From the IMG/VR virus record IMGVR_UViG_3300027126_000148: a stretch of DNA of 64,000 nucleotides; one strand, 5' to 3'. Made by a program: the position numbers and the translations under genes. The notes under the pieces are model-generated. The model did not search any database and was not told the DNA's origin. It worked only from the letters and a program-made list of their open reading frames with translations. Each line of letters begins with the position of its first letter. Position 1 is the first letter of the stretch. This stretch comes from an uncultured virus (IMG/VR IMGVR_UViG_3300027126_000148) (taxonomy: Duplodnaviria; Heunggongvirae; Uroviricota; Caudoviricetes). Shown piece by piece: positions 48,489 through 58,386 of this stretch.

Positions 48489-49958
48489 TTATTTTGTAAT
48501 AACGAAGCCTTCGTCATTAAAAGCTGATTGATATTTTTGCTTTAAAGTCTTTGAAGGATTAACAACGCCAGCAGTGATTACATCATTTTGCTGAGTTCCG
48601 TTGCTAATAGCGTCATCAACGACAGTAGCATTTTCGGTAGAAGCGACAGTCTCTTGAATCTCAGTAGCCATAGTCTCTTTCTTCTCTTCTTTTGGCATCT
48701 TTGAGGCTTTATAAGACTTGTTCTTCTCCTTCATTAAAACGCCCATCTTTTTCTTGTAGGCGGCGAAAGAATCTTCATCCAAATCTCTGATATCGTTAGC
48801 AATTACTTCCCTATCTTCGGTATCAAGATCGAACTCTTCATCTAGTCCAGCCATTCTGGAAGAGAATAGTTCTTGCTTCTCCTTAGAAGCTTTTTCTTGT
48901 TGTAGGGTTTCTAAAGATTGCTTGAGAGCCTCAAGTTCTTTCTTTAGGTTTTCAGAATCAGAAGAGAGACTAGCGAACTTCTCTTCGGCGTTCTTGATTG
49001 CGTCTTCTTTAGCTTTTTGTTCAGCAGCGAATTTCTCAGAGGCATCTTTGAGTTGCTCTCCAATAAAATCTCTGATGGAAGAAGCGGTTGCTTCTTTAAG
49101 CAACTCATCAGTAATTTGAGATACTTCAGATATTTTCATATTCTTTCTTTCGATAATTACATTAGATTCCAATGTTTGTGAAATTTCTTCTGCTTTTTGC
49201 TCAATAATTTGTTCAGACTCCGGTTTTTTAACGCTAACACCGACAACATCGGCGGCAGGATTAGCAGTTAGTCCAACTCCAAGAGGGAGAACTCGACCCT
49301 TAATTTTACGGTAAATTAATTGGTTTTCATTGAGTCTTCCGCTGCCACCAAATCCGGTTAGTTTTCCTTTAATTTTTTCAATCTCTTCTTTGTCAGAAAT
49401 GATAGTAGCATTTTCAATATTCTTTTCGCTTCCTTCTAGGACAGCTACTTCAAAATCATTATAACCCAATTCCCAAGAAGCACTGACCTTCATGTAATTG
49501 TTAGAAGTGGGGTCATTTGACTCTTCGATTGTATTGGCGAGATCTTTATTAACGATCTTCCAAACAACACCGCCAAGAGTAATATTATAAGGCTCTTTTT
49601 TATCTTTGACTTGCTCTTCAGTAAGGGGAACATCAGTTCCAAACTCAGAAAATCCTGCTGACAAAATAACACCAACAACATTTGCGCGATTGTGTTCAAT
49701 ATTAATTGGCTTATTAATGAAGTTTTTATATACTTCAGTAGCAATAGACGAATCAATTACATCACCATTTTTATTAACACGATTTACGACACAAGCATTA
49801 AAAGCAATTGGCAAAAGATCCATATTAGACTCAGCATTGACTTCAGGAATAAAATTCCCTACATCAATTAGACTGGCTAATGATAGATACTTGTCTTTTT
49901 CTTCAGAGACTAATGGTCTGATTGAAGAACTAAATGTTGTAGAGAAGTCAAATTTCAT
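48489..49958 (-). CDS. Prohead protease-scaffold fusion (probable)
   Basis: 489 aa; NKNGD...PINIEH...SASWE...GLTANPAA protease-like N-half; acidic coiled-coil C-half. Confidence 0.75.
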   Translation of the reverse strand: MKFDFSTTFSSSIRPLVSEEKDKYLSLASLIDVGNFIPEVNAESNMDLLPIAFNACVVNRVNKNGDVIDSSIATEVYKNFINKPINIEHNRANVVGVILSAGFSEFGTDVPLTEEQVKDKKEPYNITLGGVVWKIVNKDLANTIEESNDPTSNNYMKVSASWELGYNDFEVAVLEGSEKNIENATIISDKEEIEKIKGKLTGFGGSGRLNENQLIYRKIKGRVLPLGVGLTANPAADVVGVSVKKPESEQIIEQKAEEISQTLESNVIIERKNMKISEVSQITDELLKEATASSIRDFIGEQLKDASEKFAAEQKAKEDAIKNAEEKFASLSSDSENLKKELEALKQSLETLQQEKASKEKQELFSSRMAGLDEEFDLDTEDREVIANDIRDLDEDSFAAYKKKMGVLMKEKNKSYKASKMPKEEKKETMATEIQETVASTENATVVDDAISNGTQQNDVITAGVVNPSKTLKQKYQSAFNDEGFVITK

Positions 49959-49959
49959 G

Positions 49960-50256
49960 TTATTCTAGAAAATATGTAATACTACCTACGGTTGCGGTTG
50001 CAATAGCTATTCCAGAACTATCTGGAACTCTCAAAGGAGCAGAATAGTTGCAATTCCCTTGAGCTACATAAGCAAATATACTTCCACTTGCTGTAGCACT
50101 AGCATTTGCCAAAGTAAGATTAGCTTGAGTACTTATATCAGTAATAAAAATTCTTGAATTGCCATTATTGGGTGGCTGAATCAAAACACCTGTTGTTGTA
50201 AAATTAACAGTTGTTGTTGGTACGGACGCAATACCATTTTGAATAAAAGATTTCAT
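49960..50256 (-). CDS. Small beta-rich virion protein
   Basis: 98 aa, T/S/A-rich, coupled to neighbours. Confidence 0.6.
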   Translation of the reverse strand: MKSFIQNGIASVPTTTVNFTTTGVLIQPPNNGNSRIFITDISTQANLTLANASATASGSIFAYVAQGNCNYSAPLRVPDSSGIAIATATVGSITYFLE

Positions 50257-50621
50257 TATTTTAAAGTTGTTAAATATTTAGTCTTATTTACACTTGCTAA
50301 AATTTCATCTCTAATATTAAGCAAGTCTGTATCTTTTGCAGCATCCAATTGAGATGGTAAATCATTGCTCAAAAAGCCAATAAAAGCATCCATTGCTTGA
50401 ACTGGACTAATAGATTTATAATTTTGCAAAGTTAAAACAAAAGAATCCTTAGCAATAATTCGACCATATTTACCCATGAAAACCTCTACAAATTCATCAA
50501 TATAACCAGACAAAGAATCATAAAGCTCTCCAAAAGCTTCATGCTCAGAGAATCCATAGGTTTGCCAATGGAATATCTTTACTTGGTTTTGAAACTGTAA
50601 CATTGAAGATAGAATATTCAT
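50256..50621 (-). CDS. Ferritin/Dps-like four-helix protein
   Basis: HWQT...HEAFGELYD...DEFVE resembles the Dps ferroxidase signature. Confidence 0.7.
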   Translation of the reverse strand: MNILSSMLQFQNQVKIFHWQTYGFSEHEAFGELYDSLSGYIDEFVEVFMGKYGRIIAKDSFVLTLQNYKSISPVQAMDAFIGFLSNDLPSQLDAAKDTDLLNIRDEILASVNKTKYLTTLK

Positions 50622-50622
50622 A

Positions 50623-51798
50623 TTATTTCCCTTTCTTATATTGCAGCAAGCAAGATTGGAATTTTTCTTTGTCAGTTCCCTCTTTAGAAGGGATGCATTT
50701 TTGAAGGAAGTCTTTGAAATTTTGACCTTCTGTTTCGCACATTGACTTATACTCTTCCTCTTCTTCGTAAGAAGCGTAGACTTGAGCGCGAGAGAGTTGG
50801 TCCATTGTTTTTGTTAGGACTTCTCCCTTTTTATAAGTTGGGCCTTCGTTAGTTACTTCATATGAAATAACTTTACCCATTTGATTTGGCAAGTCTTTGA
50901 TCTCTTTTACGATTCCTTCGCTGCCATAATGATAACAGTTCTTATTTACATTTCGAACCTTCTGACCAACCATAAACATTGGTTCAGAACTCATATAATT
51001 AGCGTCAGACTCTTCGGCAAACATTACATAGTTATGAATCATTACCATGTAATCTTCAGTAATAGCAATCTTGCCTTGTAAGAATGACTCAGTTAAATTT
51101 TCTTTAACCTTTTCATCATTTAAAGCATTGAGAATGTTCTCTGCATGAGTTTTAATAGAATTTAAAGAGCCAACTGACATTTCTAAATATTCATTCTTGT
51201 ACTCTTCCATTTCGCTCTCTTCGGATTCCATCTCGTCTTCAGGCTCCATCATTTCTTCGGCTTTTGATAAATCAGGCCAAATTTTTAAGAGTTCGCTTTG
51301 ATCCCAAAGAGTCAAACCATCCCACTCTTCTTCGTTAGCTTGAGCTTTCTTTAAAGCGTCTTGCTTTGGATAGTCTTTTTCTCCGGGCTTTGCTGGCTTA
51401 TAGTTCTTGCCGAGACGATCTTTCTTCTTTTGAATATTGTGCCAAAGACCTTTTCCAGCTTCTGTTTCTAAACTAAAGACCTCTTCTGAAGCTTTAACTG
51501 GAGAACCCGCCCTCCATTGATAGCATGACCAGTATTTGGCTTTCCATTTTGGTCCGGGGTTTTTGTCGCAGCCATGTCTTGCTCTAAAACTTTTTCTTCT
51601 AGCAGGATCATCTCTCTTGATCTCCATGTTAGGATCACCAAAGTTAACCTTTACAACATTTCCTTTGTCATTTTTGACATAAACAGAAAACTTTTTAGGC
51701 CCATCAGGAGTCCTGAATGGCTTATTTAATGTTTTCTTTTCTTTGTCTGCGGCGACGATTTTAGAAGAAATATCGATTTCTAATTCTTTGGTTTTCAT
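50623..51798 (-). CDS. Multi-module head-region protein
   Basis: 391 aa; basic modules (FGDPNM...RRKSFRARH-x-C...YWSC; GLWHNI...DYP; CYHYGSEG) joined by acidic linkers. Confidence 0.75.
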   Translation of the reverse strand: MKTKELEIDISSKIVAADKEKKTLNKPFRTPDGPKKFSVYVKNDKGNVVKVNFGDPNMEIKRDDPARRKSFRARHGCDKNPGPKWKAKYWSCYQWRAGSPVKASEEVFSLETEAGKGLWHNIQKKKDRLGKNYKPAKPGEKDYPKQDALKKAQANEEEWDGLTLWDQSELLKIWPDLSKAEEMMEPEDEMESEESEMEEYKNEYLEMSVGSLNSIKTHAENILNALNDEKVKENLTESFLQGKIAITEDYMVMIHNYVMFAEESDANYMSSEPMFMVGQKVRNVNKNCYHYGSEGIVKEIKDLPNQMGKVISYEVTNEGPTYKKGEVLTKTMDQLSRAQVYASYEEEEEYKSMCETEGQNFKDFLQKCIPSKEGTDKEKFQSCLLQYKKGK

Positions 51799-51799
51799 G

Positions 51800-52369
51800 T
51801 TAAATATATTCTAGCCAGTTTGCTTTTTCTTGTTCTGTATCCAAGTATAGATCATTCTCATCTTCAAAATCATAATCAAGATTATAGTCTTGAATATCAT
51901 TATCTGCTTGAGAGAAATCACCATCATTTGGTTCCCAAGAACCTGTAACATCAATTTCTGAAGCTCTAGCTACATCACTATCAGCTTTGCGATAAGCATC
52001 TTTAACAGTTTTACCAGCCATCATTCTTAAGAAAGTATTCACACGGGCCATTGCCCATTGTCCTCTTGTTTTTCCGGGTCTATGGCTAGAACTAAAAGCT
52101 CCAGCGCCTCTACGATAAACTTTTTTTAGTTGACTTAAGCTTACTTTCTTAGAATATTTGCTATTATGCTCTCTAACTTTAGACTTTAAAGCTTCAACTA
52201 CTTTAGCAGAAAACTCTATTGCTTTATCGCTTTTTGTTCCTGCGCTACCAGAAGGATTTTTAGCAGAACCGCTGCGCTTTTCAGAAGGTTTGGCAGGGGT
52301 CTGAGCAGAGCTTTTAGGCCCAGACCTCTTTGATTCTATAATTTCTATTTCTAAACCTTGTAGGTTCAT
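51800..52369 (-). CDS. Basic head-region protein
   Basis: 189 aa; LKKVYRRGAGAF...HRPG...QWAMARVN-x-F motif; acidic tail. Confidence 0.75.
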   Translation of the reverse strand: MNLQGLEIEIIESKRSGPKSSAQTPAKPSEKRSGSAKNPSGSAGTKSDKAIEFSAKVVEALKSKVREHNSKYSKKVSLSQLKKVYRRGAGAFSSSHRPGKTRGQWAMARVNTFLRMMAGKTVKDAYRKADSDVARASEIDVTGSWEPNDGDFSQADNDIQDYNLDYDFEDENDLYLDTEQEKANWLEYI

Positions 52370-52383
52370 AATTTGTAGCTTAT

Positions 52384-52394
52384 TATTTATACAC
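52384..52394 (-). promoter_or_regulatory. Putative late promoter GTGTATAAATA (head operon)
   Basis: Variant of the recurrent motif. Confidence 0.55.
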
Positions 52395-52416
52395 TAAAAA
52401 TTAACTATTAAGGAAA

Positions 52417-53691
52417 TTATAATGGCCCATTTGTATTAAAGTTTGTGTAACTTAATCCTTTTAACAATCCACTCATAAATAAACCATTAGGATGAGGATA
52501 AGAATTCATGTCCATATCACAGTAAAAACTAAAATCTAAAACAGCATTTGAACCGATTGAAGAGTCATAAGATAGGTCTTTAAATTTAGCTCCTCTAATA
52601 TCGTAGCGAATAATAGTTTCGGAACTCTTATTCATCTTGATTGAGATGTCGTATTTAGATTCTGATTTTATATCTGACAAAAGATTTCCTGAATAGTTTA
52701 AGTTTCTATATATTGTAGAGAAAGAGCCTTCTACAGTAATTGGAGTGTTTATTTGGCGATCTACTGGGTAAACATAGCCCAATGTTTTTAATGGTTCCCT
52801 TTCTAAAGGAATGTTAAAATTAAAACTTTGTATAGCGGCATCTTGGATTATTAGATTAGACTTGTTTTTAGATGTTGAATTAGCGTCATAAATGTCAATC
52901 ACGATATCGCCGGGGAGCAAAACAGAAATTGCATTTCCAGTTTCCTCAAAAGCTGTATTATAAGTTGGAATATTAAACGTTATGCCGGTATTTAATGTTC
53001 CGCTCTTTGGTTCTAAATACGGAGAAACTACGTTTATTCCAGAAGAGTAATACAACACATTGTGTGCTGCATAATTTACTGTAGCTTTAGGGAAATCGTT
53101 AACTTGAGCTTGAACTCCATAAGAAGTAATATAACAATTACCGAAAGCTAAGACCGGAAACCCAGAAATACTGTTACCAATTGCATCTGTATTATTTGGA
53201 GTAATTGTTAAAAATAGATTGCGCTGATCTCTGTATTTAAAAGGATACTTAAATGTATTATTTGTGGCTTGAGTTAAATCAGAGTTGAATGAATAGTTCT
53301 GGTCTCCAAAAGAAAACCCAGACAATAAATTACCACTAGGAAAAACTTGCCCACCATCAAATTGATCTAAATTAGGAGGCCCAAGATTAACATAGAAGCC
53401 CATTCTGGCTTCGTTTCGCAGATCTTTAATGTTGTAATTGAAACTAAGGCTAATATCAGGAGGATTTAAAGTATAATCATAAATAGTAGAAGCATTTCCT
53501 ATCTCTGAGAACCTAGAAGATTGAGTATTTATCTGATAACTAAATTGATTAATTCTTTTAAGGGGCTGAATTAAATTATAAACCCCAGTTCTGAGCAGGT
53601 TGCCGTTAGGGTCAGAGAAAAAATAGCCACTCGCTGGAGCAGGTCCAACGAATAGCAATTCGTTATTATATATTACTCTGTTTGTAGCCAT
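52417..53691 (-). CDS. Third tail tube-like paralogue
   Basis: 424 aa; NRVIY, FGNCYIT-x-Y...DFP, AAIQSF...REPL-x-x-LG, SSIGSN and GLFMSG shared with the tube genes. Confidence 0.7.
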   Translation of the reverse strand: MATNRVIYNNELLFVGPAPASGYFFSDPNGNLLRTGVYNLIQPLKRINQFSYQINTQSSRFSEIGNASTIYDYTLNPPDISLSFNYNIKDLRNEARMGFYVNLGPPNLDQFDGGQVFPSGNLLSGFSFGDQNYSFNSDLTQATNNTFKYPFKYRDQRNLFLTITPNNTDAIGNSISGFPVLAFGNCYITSYGVQAQVNDFPKATVNYAAHNVLYYSSGINVVSPYLEPKSGTLNTGITFNIPTYNTAFEETGNAISVLLPGDIVIDIYDANSTSKNKSNLIIQDAAIQSFNFNIPLEREPLKTLGYVYPVDRQINTPITVEGSFSTIYRNLNYSGNLLSDIKSESKYDISIKMNKSSETIIRYDIRGAKFKDLSYDSSIGSNAVLDFSFYCDMDMNSYPHPNGLFMSGLLKGLSYTNFNTNGPL

Positions 53692-55580
53692 TAGATTTTG
53701 CTATGATAGAGCAAACTAGCCATGTAAGAATCAACTTGATGCTCGCAAGCGATATTATGAATCTCTTCTATTCTCTTTGGGTTTTTATCTACAGGAGTTT
53801 CAATGTATTCTCCTATTTTAGAGACCCAATTAGATTGATCTTCGTTTGCGACAATAACTTTAGTGATATCAAGGACTACTTCTTTTTGTCTTTCATTTAA
53901 TTTCTTAAGTTTATGTTTTTTCTTTAAGAAACCCTCTACTTCTGCTCCTAATTTACTTGTAGCTTCTACAATGTCTTTTAATTTCATGACACTGTAATTA
54001 GCTTTAGAAGAGGTGCCGATTGGCTTTACATTTTTTGTAGTTTGCTTGATGCCTGTGCTTCCTGCTGGTCTACCGGCTGCATCTATTTTTGGTCCACCGA
54101 TTAAAGGCTGATAATATCCTTTATCTTTTAAGTCAACAAAAGCTGTTTGAGATTGCACTGACTCATCTGGAGTAGGCAATACTCCAGTTTCAATAGCTTT
54201 AAGACCTTCTTCAGGAGTAAGAACCCCAAGCTCAATAAGGCGAGTATAAATTCTGTTAAGATTTTGATCGCTCTTAAGATCCATATCTTCAAAGAATGGA
54301 GTTGGGAATACTTTGAATCCTATTTCTTTAGAAATCCTCTTAACTTCTGGCAATAAGAAGTCAGTAATAAAAGCTTGGCGAGCCTGTAATAATTTCTGCC
54401 CTAATAGAGATACTTTTGTACTAGCATTAGCGAATTTTTCATTACCAACAAGCACATTATTTAAGCCAATATTAATATCTTTATCGATGATCTCGTATTT
54501 CTTTGGATCTAAGATGTCAGCAATTTGAGGAATGACGAATTCGGCTTTTGTAGTATAGTCAGCAATCAAGACTCTTCCAATAGACTGATTCGCAAATAAA
54601 TTTTGCATCGTCTTTAAGTTCTCTTGGTTTACTCCACCTTTATCTGGCTCTGCGCCCATTGTGACAAGAAGGATTACTTGCTGAATTGTTCTTGTAAGAG
54701 CCATGTCCATACGGCGCATTTCTATTTTTGCGCTAATATCTTCAAGAACAGGAAAACCCATTGGTACAGCGAAGGGTTCGTAATCTTGTTTCTTGTAGAA
54801 TACGGCGTAGAACTTCTTTGTGTCTAAATGGAGCAAAACTGCCGTAGCTTTTCCTTTTAGAACTTGCTCTTTAACTAACGGATCAAGAGAATCCAATATC
54901 TCTTTGTCTTCTTCTGTTCTTGGATTTCTAATTTGCTCAAGCTCGTAGTCAGTTAGAACCTTATAATACTGTCCTCTATTAAAAGACAAATTACCATTAA
55001 CCTGAACGTCTGCTGGATTAATGATTATGTATCTAGCAGGTAAAGAAACTCTTGCCGCCAAAGCTTGAGAACCGAAAACTTGGCTAATTTTAGACACATC
55101 CTCTTCTCTAATGGTAGTATCATATCTATAAATAAAAACATTACCAGAACGATAATACTCTCTAAAGAACTTGTCTTGTAATGCAGTAATGTTTATCTTA
55201 TTAAATAAGGCTTGGAAGAAATCTCTTGCGCTTTTATTCCCACCTTTAAGATGAATATTGCCGCAAGAAAGCTCTGACATTAGATCAATAGTATTTCTAA
55301 ATAAACCAAAGTTATAGTAGGCTTTTTGGCAAAGAATTACTGTATCTCTGACATCAATATTTGATTTATTATAATTATAACCAGTGGCATAGTTAAATGG
55401 CACCATGCCGTCATCAATATTGCGAAAACGATCTGTTCTCTCAATGGTTGATGCGGCGTTTCTGCGGCTCCTCGTTTCGGTAACTCTGCTTGCTACTCCG
55501 CCATGAGCAGGAGTAGAGCCTTCTACCATCATTGGGGCGAAAGAATTTTCCGCAACTTTGTCTTTTTTAACCTTTGCCAT
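53691..55580 (-). CDS. Portal protein (probable)
   Basis: 629 aa directly after the terminase; FRNTIDLMSE...REYYRSGNVF...INP pattern. Confidence 0.75.
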   Translation of the reverse strand: MAKVKKDKVAENSFAPMMVEGSTPAHGGVASRVTETRSRRNAASTIERTDRFRNIDDGMVPFNYATGYNYNKSNIDVRDTVILCQKAYYNFGLFRNTIDLMSELSCGNIHLKGGNKSARDFFQALFNKINITALQDKFFREYYRSGNVFIYRYDTTIREEDVSKISQVFGSQALAARVSLPARYIIINPADVQVNGNLSFNRGQYYKVLTDYELEQIRNPRTEEDKEILDSLDPLVKEQVLKGKATAVLLHLDTKKFYAVFYKKQDYEPFAVPMGFPVLEDISAKIEMRRMDMALTRTIQQVILLVTMGAEPDKGGVNQENLKTMQNLFANQSIGRVLIADYTTKAEFVIPQIADILDPKKYEIIDKDINIGLNNVLVGNEKFANASTKVSLLGQKLLQARQAFITDFLLPEVKRISKEIGFKVFPTPFFEDMDLKSDQNLNRIYTRLIELGVLTPEEGLKAIETGVLPTPDESVQSQTAFVDLKDKGYYQPLIGGPKIDAAGRPAGSTGIKQTTKNVKPIGTSSKANYSVMKLKDIVEATSKLGAEVEGFLKKKHKLKKLNERQKEVVLDITKVIVANEDQSNWVSKIGEYIETPVDKNPKRIEEIHNIACEHQVDSYMASLLYHSKI

Positions 55581-55592
55581 AAGCCTAATAAT

Positions 55593-55601
55593 TAATTACA
55601 C
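55593..55601 (-). promoter_or_regulatory. Putative late promoter GTGTAATTA (portal)
   Basis: Motif in the 24-bp terminase-portal gap. Confidence 0.65.
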
Positions 55602-55604
55602 ATT

Positions 55605-57446
55605 TTAAATTAAAATTGGTGTAAATCCCGCAGCTACTATTTTATTTTCAGTAGTCATAATGTCATTATAGCATTTAGAGCCCCATTTAGCTAACATTAA
55701 AGCAGTATAATTATCTTTTCTTGCTCTATTAGGAGAATTGGAACGCTTTAAGTGTTGAGGAAGGTCAAAATTAACAGACCCACGGCTGCTGGTAGTGAAC
55801 TCAACTAGTGAGCATTGCTTCTTAGTGTTATAGACAAGCAAATCTTGGTGTTCAATTAGGTCTAACTTGTTCCAGTCTTTGTTTTCTTCTACGAAGATTA
55901 TGTCTTCTGGTATTCTTTTATTTATTTCTTCATTAAAGAAGGTTTCGTTAGCTACTGTCTTTGAAGCAAACCAGATTTTCTTATAGTCAATTGCCGCTTG
56001 TAGATTTTCATTACCTCTTCTAATGAAGGTAGTAGTGAATACTTGAGTTACTGCTATTTGTTTATTTTCAAGGTTATATTGACTCTTGGCTTTCTGAACC
56101 ATCTTTGTGTATTCAATGCCTTCAAGATCGGAATCGAAGTCAATAAACTTAATCTTCTCAGACTCTGAGTTTACGAATTGAGATTCATTATAAGTGTTGA
56201 AGAAAATATCAGCACCAGCATTATCACATATGATATAAACAATATTAAAGCTAGTCATTAAGTAATGAAAGTATTTAATGTGAGTATTTAAACTGCCAAG
56301 ACCAGCATAAGCATGAACGAGAACGTCATTTTTGTTTTCTCTGTCTATTTCCAAAATAGCCATTGCAAAATAGTCAGCATTTGGACTGTCGCTCATGTTG
56401 GGGTCCATTGCTAAGATATATTGCTTGCCGCTATCTCCTCTAATTTGGGAGTGAGGTCTCTCTTCAAACTTAAGAGTGCATTCTTCCATCTTCTTCATGC
56501 TGAAGTAAGAGTCGCTACCATCAGTAAATTGAGCGCAATACTCTCTCAAGAAAGAAGCGTGAGAAGATCCGCCGTTTTGCGCCTCTTCTGTAATTGAAGA
56601 ATCTATCATCTCTGGAGGAAGAGACTCATAGCTTAATTGAGAAACGAAATAAGTAGCACTTGTTGGCTCCTTTGAATAAATATTATCGCACCACTCTTTA
56701 TAAGTCTTATAGAGGTTCTCAAAAGTATAAGAAGCAGAAGACAGAGCGATCATTTTGGAAGTATTCTTGAACTCCATGCGGTCAGCTTCAGTCATTGCGC
56801 CTTGTGCAATTAATTCATTCTCTTGTTCGCGAATACTAATACGTTCTTTAATGTCTTGAGGCACGATCAAGAAGGGCATTAATACATTTTTGATGATGTC
56901 TTCTGGCAATAAGAGAAACTCATCAAGCACAAGAACATTAGCGCGGAAACCGCGAATCTTTTCGCCGCTTAGAGGAATAGCTTTTATTGAACCTTCGTTA
57001 ATTGACCAGTCGTATTCATCATTACGCTTTGACTTTGCGCCGAATGCTTGCATCAAAAGGTCTGCGCCTTTAGATTCGGTAATCTTTTCTATTGAATTGA
57101 AAATGCTTCTTGCTGTTCTGAAGGTTGGGCCAGCAATTAAGATTTTGCTCTTAGGTTCAAAGATGCATTGTAGGAAACAAAACACCGCAGCAGAGAAAGA
57201 TTTAGAAGCACCGCGACCCCACACGTTCATGCAGAAATTTCGGTTCAACATTCCTTTAATTACAATCTCTTGATAAGGCCATAATTTTATACCAGAAATT
57301 AGCTCTGTAGTTATCCCTATATTTGAACGCAAAAACTTAGCTAAAGTTATCTTAGCTTCCTTATCTTCAAGAGTATCTTTTAGTCTAGAATATTCATCAT
57401 TTAGATTTGGGATTATTCTATTGTATTTCTCTGGGGTATACCACAT
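55605..57446 (-). CDS. terL: Terminase large subunit
   Basis: LWPYQ; Walker A-like GRGASKS; IRG-x-R and Walker B VLVLDE; FLREYCAQF; RNase H-like ILAMDP...D...RKD. Confidence 0.9.
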   Translation of the reverse strand: MWYTPEKYNRIIPNLNDEYSRLKDTLEDKEAKITLAKFLRSNIGITTELISGIKLWPYQEIVIKGMLNRNFCMNVWGRGASKSFSAAVFCFLQCIFEPKSKILIAGPTFRTARSIFNSIEKITESKGADLLMQAFGAKSKRNDEYDWSINEGSIKAIPLSGEKIRGFRANVLVLDEFLLLPEDIIKNVLMPFLIVPQDIKERISIREQENELIAQGAMTEADRMEFKNTSKMIALSSASYTFENLYKTYKEWCDNIYSKEPTSATYFVSQLSYESLPPEMIDSSITEEAQNGGSSHASFLREYCAQFTDGSDSYFSMKKMEECTLKFEERPHSQIRGDSGKQYILAMDPNMSDSPNADYFAMAILEIDRENKNDVLVHAYAGLGSLNTHIKYFHYLMTSFNIVYIICDNAGADIFFNTYNESQFVNSESEKIKFIDFDSDLEGIEYTKMVQKAKSQYNLENKQIAVTQVFTTTFIRRGNENLQAAIDYKKIWFASKTVANETFFNEEINKRIPEDIIFVEENKDWNKLDLIEHQDLLVYNTKKQCSLVEFTTSSRGSVNFDLPQHLKRSNSPNRARKDNYTALMLAKWGSKCYNDIMTTENKIVAAGFTPILI

Positions 57447-57447
57447 A

Positions 57448-58386
57448 TTATAGCATTTTTAGGTCGTAGCAAAGCTGGAGATCGTATTTAAAAAAGTTCT
57501 CATCAGTAGAGAACATCTTTTCTATGATTCGAACAGACTCTTTGCGCCCTTTTGCAAATAAGAATTGCACATGGGGATATTTCTGAATCAACTCTCTGAC
57601 ATTATGGAATATAAACTCAGGGTTTACCTTTGTAGCTTTCTTGTATACATGAGGAAGATAATTAAAAGACAGAGCATTACTTAAACTCTCTTCTACAATG
57701 ATAACCATGTTAGCTTTGGCTTCGCTGGCTTTCTCAATCTCTCGACAAAACCTTTCGTAACCGGCGCTTAGTGTTCCAATGAAATCAGAAATAGACTTTC
57801 TCTCAAAGTAAAGCTTGCCATCATAACTTGGATGACTAAACCCATAGTCTCCAAACTTAAGAGTACGAACTTCAGATGCCATATTAAATATAAACGGCTT
57901 CTGCTCTCGCGTATCAATGTAAATGATTGACCCTTTGGTTTGTAATGGTGCTAAATTATCTAAACTCTCTGGGTATATGTATTTATTTTTAAATCCAAGA
58001 TCTCCAGTGAACTGATAATAATCACCAAAAATTTCTTGTAAGTAAATAACGCTCGGGCTCAAGACACTGCGAAGCTCAACTTGAGATGGAGTATATGCTA
58101 GACCTTTCTTTTCTTTTCTCTTGATGAGAAAGTCTTTGCAGTACTCTTTCTGTTTCTCTAGTGATTGAGCTTTGAGCCAGTTTTTTAGATTATTTTTATT
58201 GTTAAAGTCAGTATTAAAGTACTGCTCTTTATTCTTGTAAATAATTATGGAGTTATCGAAAGCATCATAGCGAGGATGATGTTGTTGATAGTACTCTATT
58301 ACTCTTAGTTTGTGAGCTTTGAGATGGCGATTAAAGTCTGCATCTACCTCATAAGCTTTTTGACATATTTTACATGTTTCAGCCAT
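57448..58386 (-). CDS. ERCC4/XPF-family nuclease with N-terminal C2H2 zinc finger
   Basis: CKIC...HLKAH; IDTREQ, GDY and ERKS-x-x-D catalytic motifs. Confidence 0.85.
   Translation of the reverse strand: MAETCKICQKAYEVDADFNRHLKAHKLRVIEYYQQHHPRYDAFDNSIIIYKNKEQYFNTDFNNKNNLKNWLKAQSLEKQKEYCKDFLIKRKEKKGLAYTPSQVELRSVLSPSVIYLQEIFGDYYQFTGDLGFKNKYIYPESLDNLAPLQTKGSIIYIDTREQKPFIFNMASEVRTLKFGDYGFSHPSYDGKLYFERKSISDFIGTLSAGYERFCREIEKASEAKANMVIIVEESLSNALSFNYLPHVYKKATKVNPEFIFHNVRELIQKYPHVQFLFAKGRKESVRIIEKMFSTDENFFKYDLQLCYDLKML

Noticed and set aside
55605..57446. Intein or intron in the terminase
   Set aside because: Length is ordinary, motifs are contiguous, and no splice-junction signature was seen
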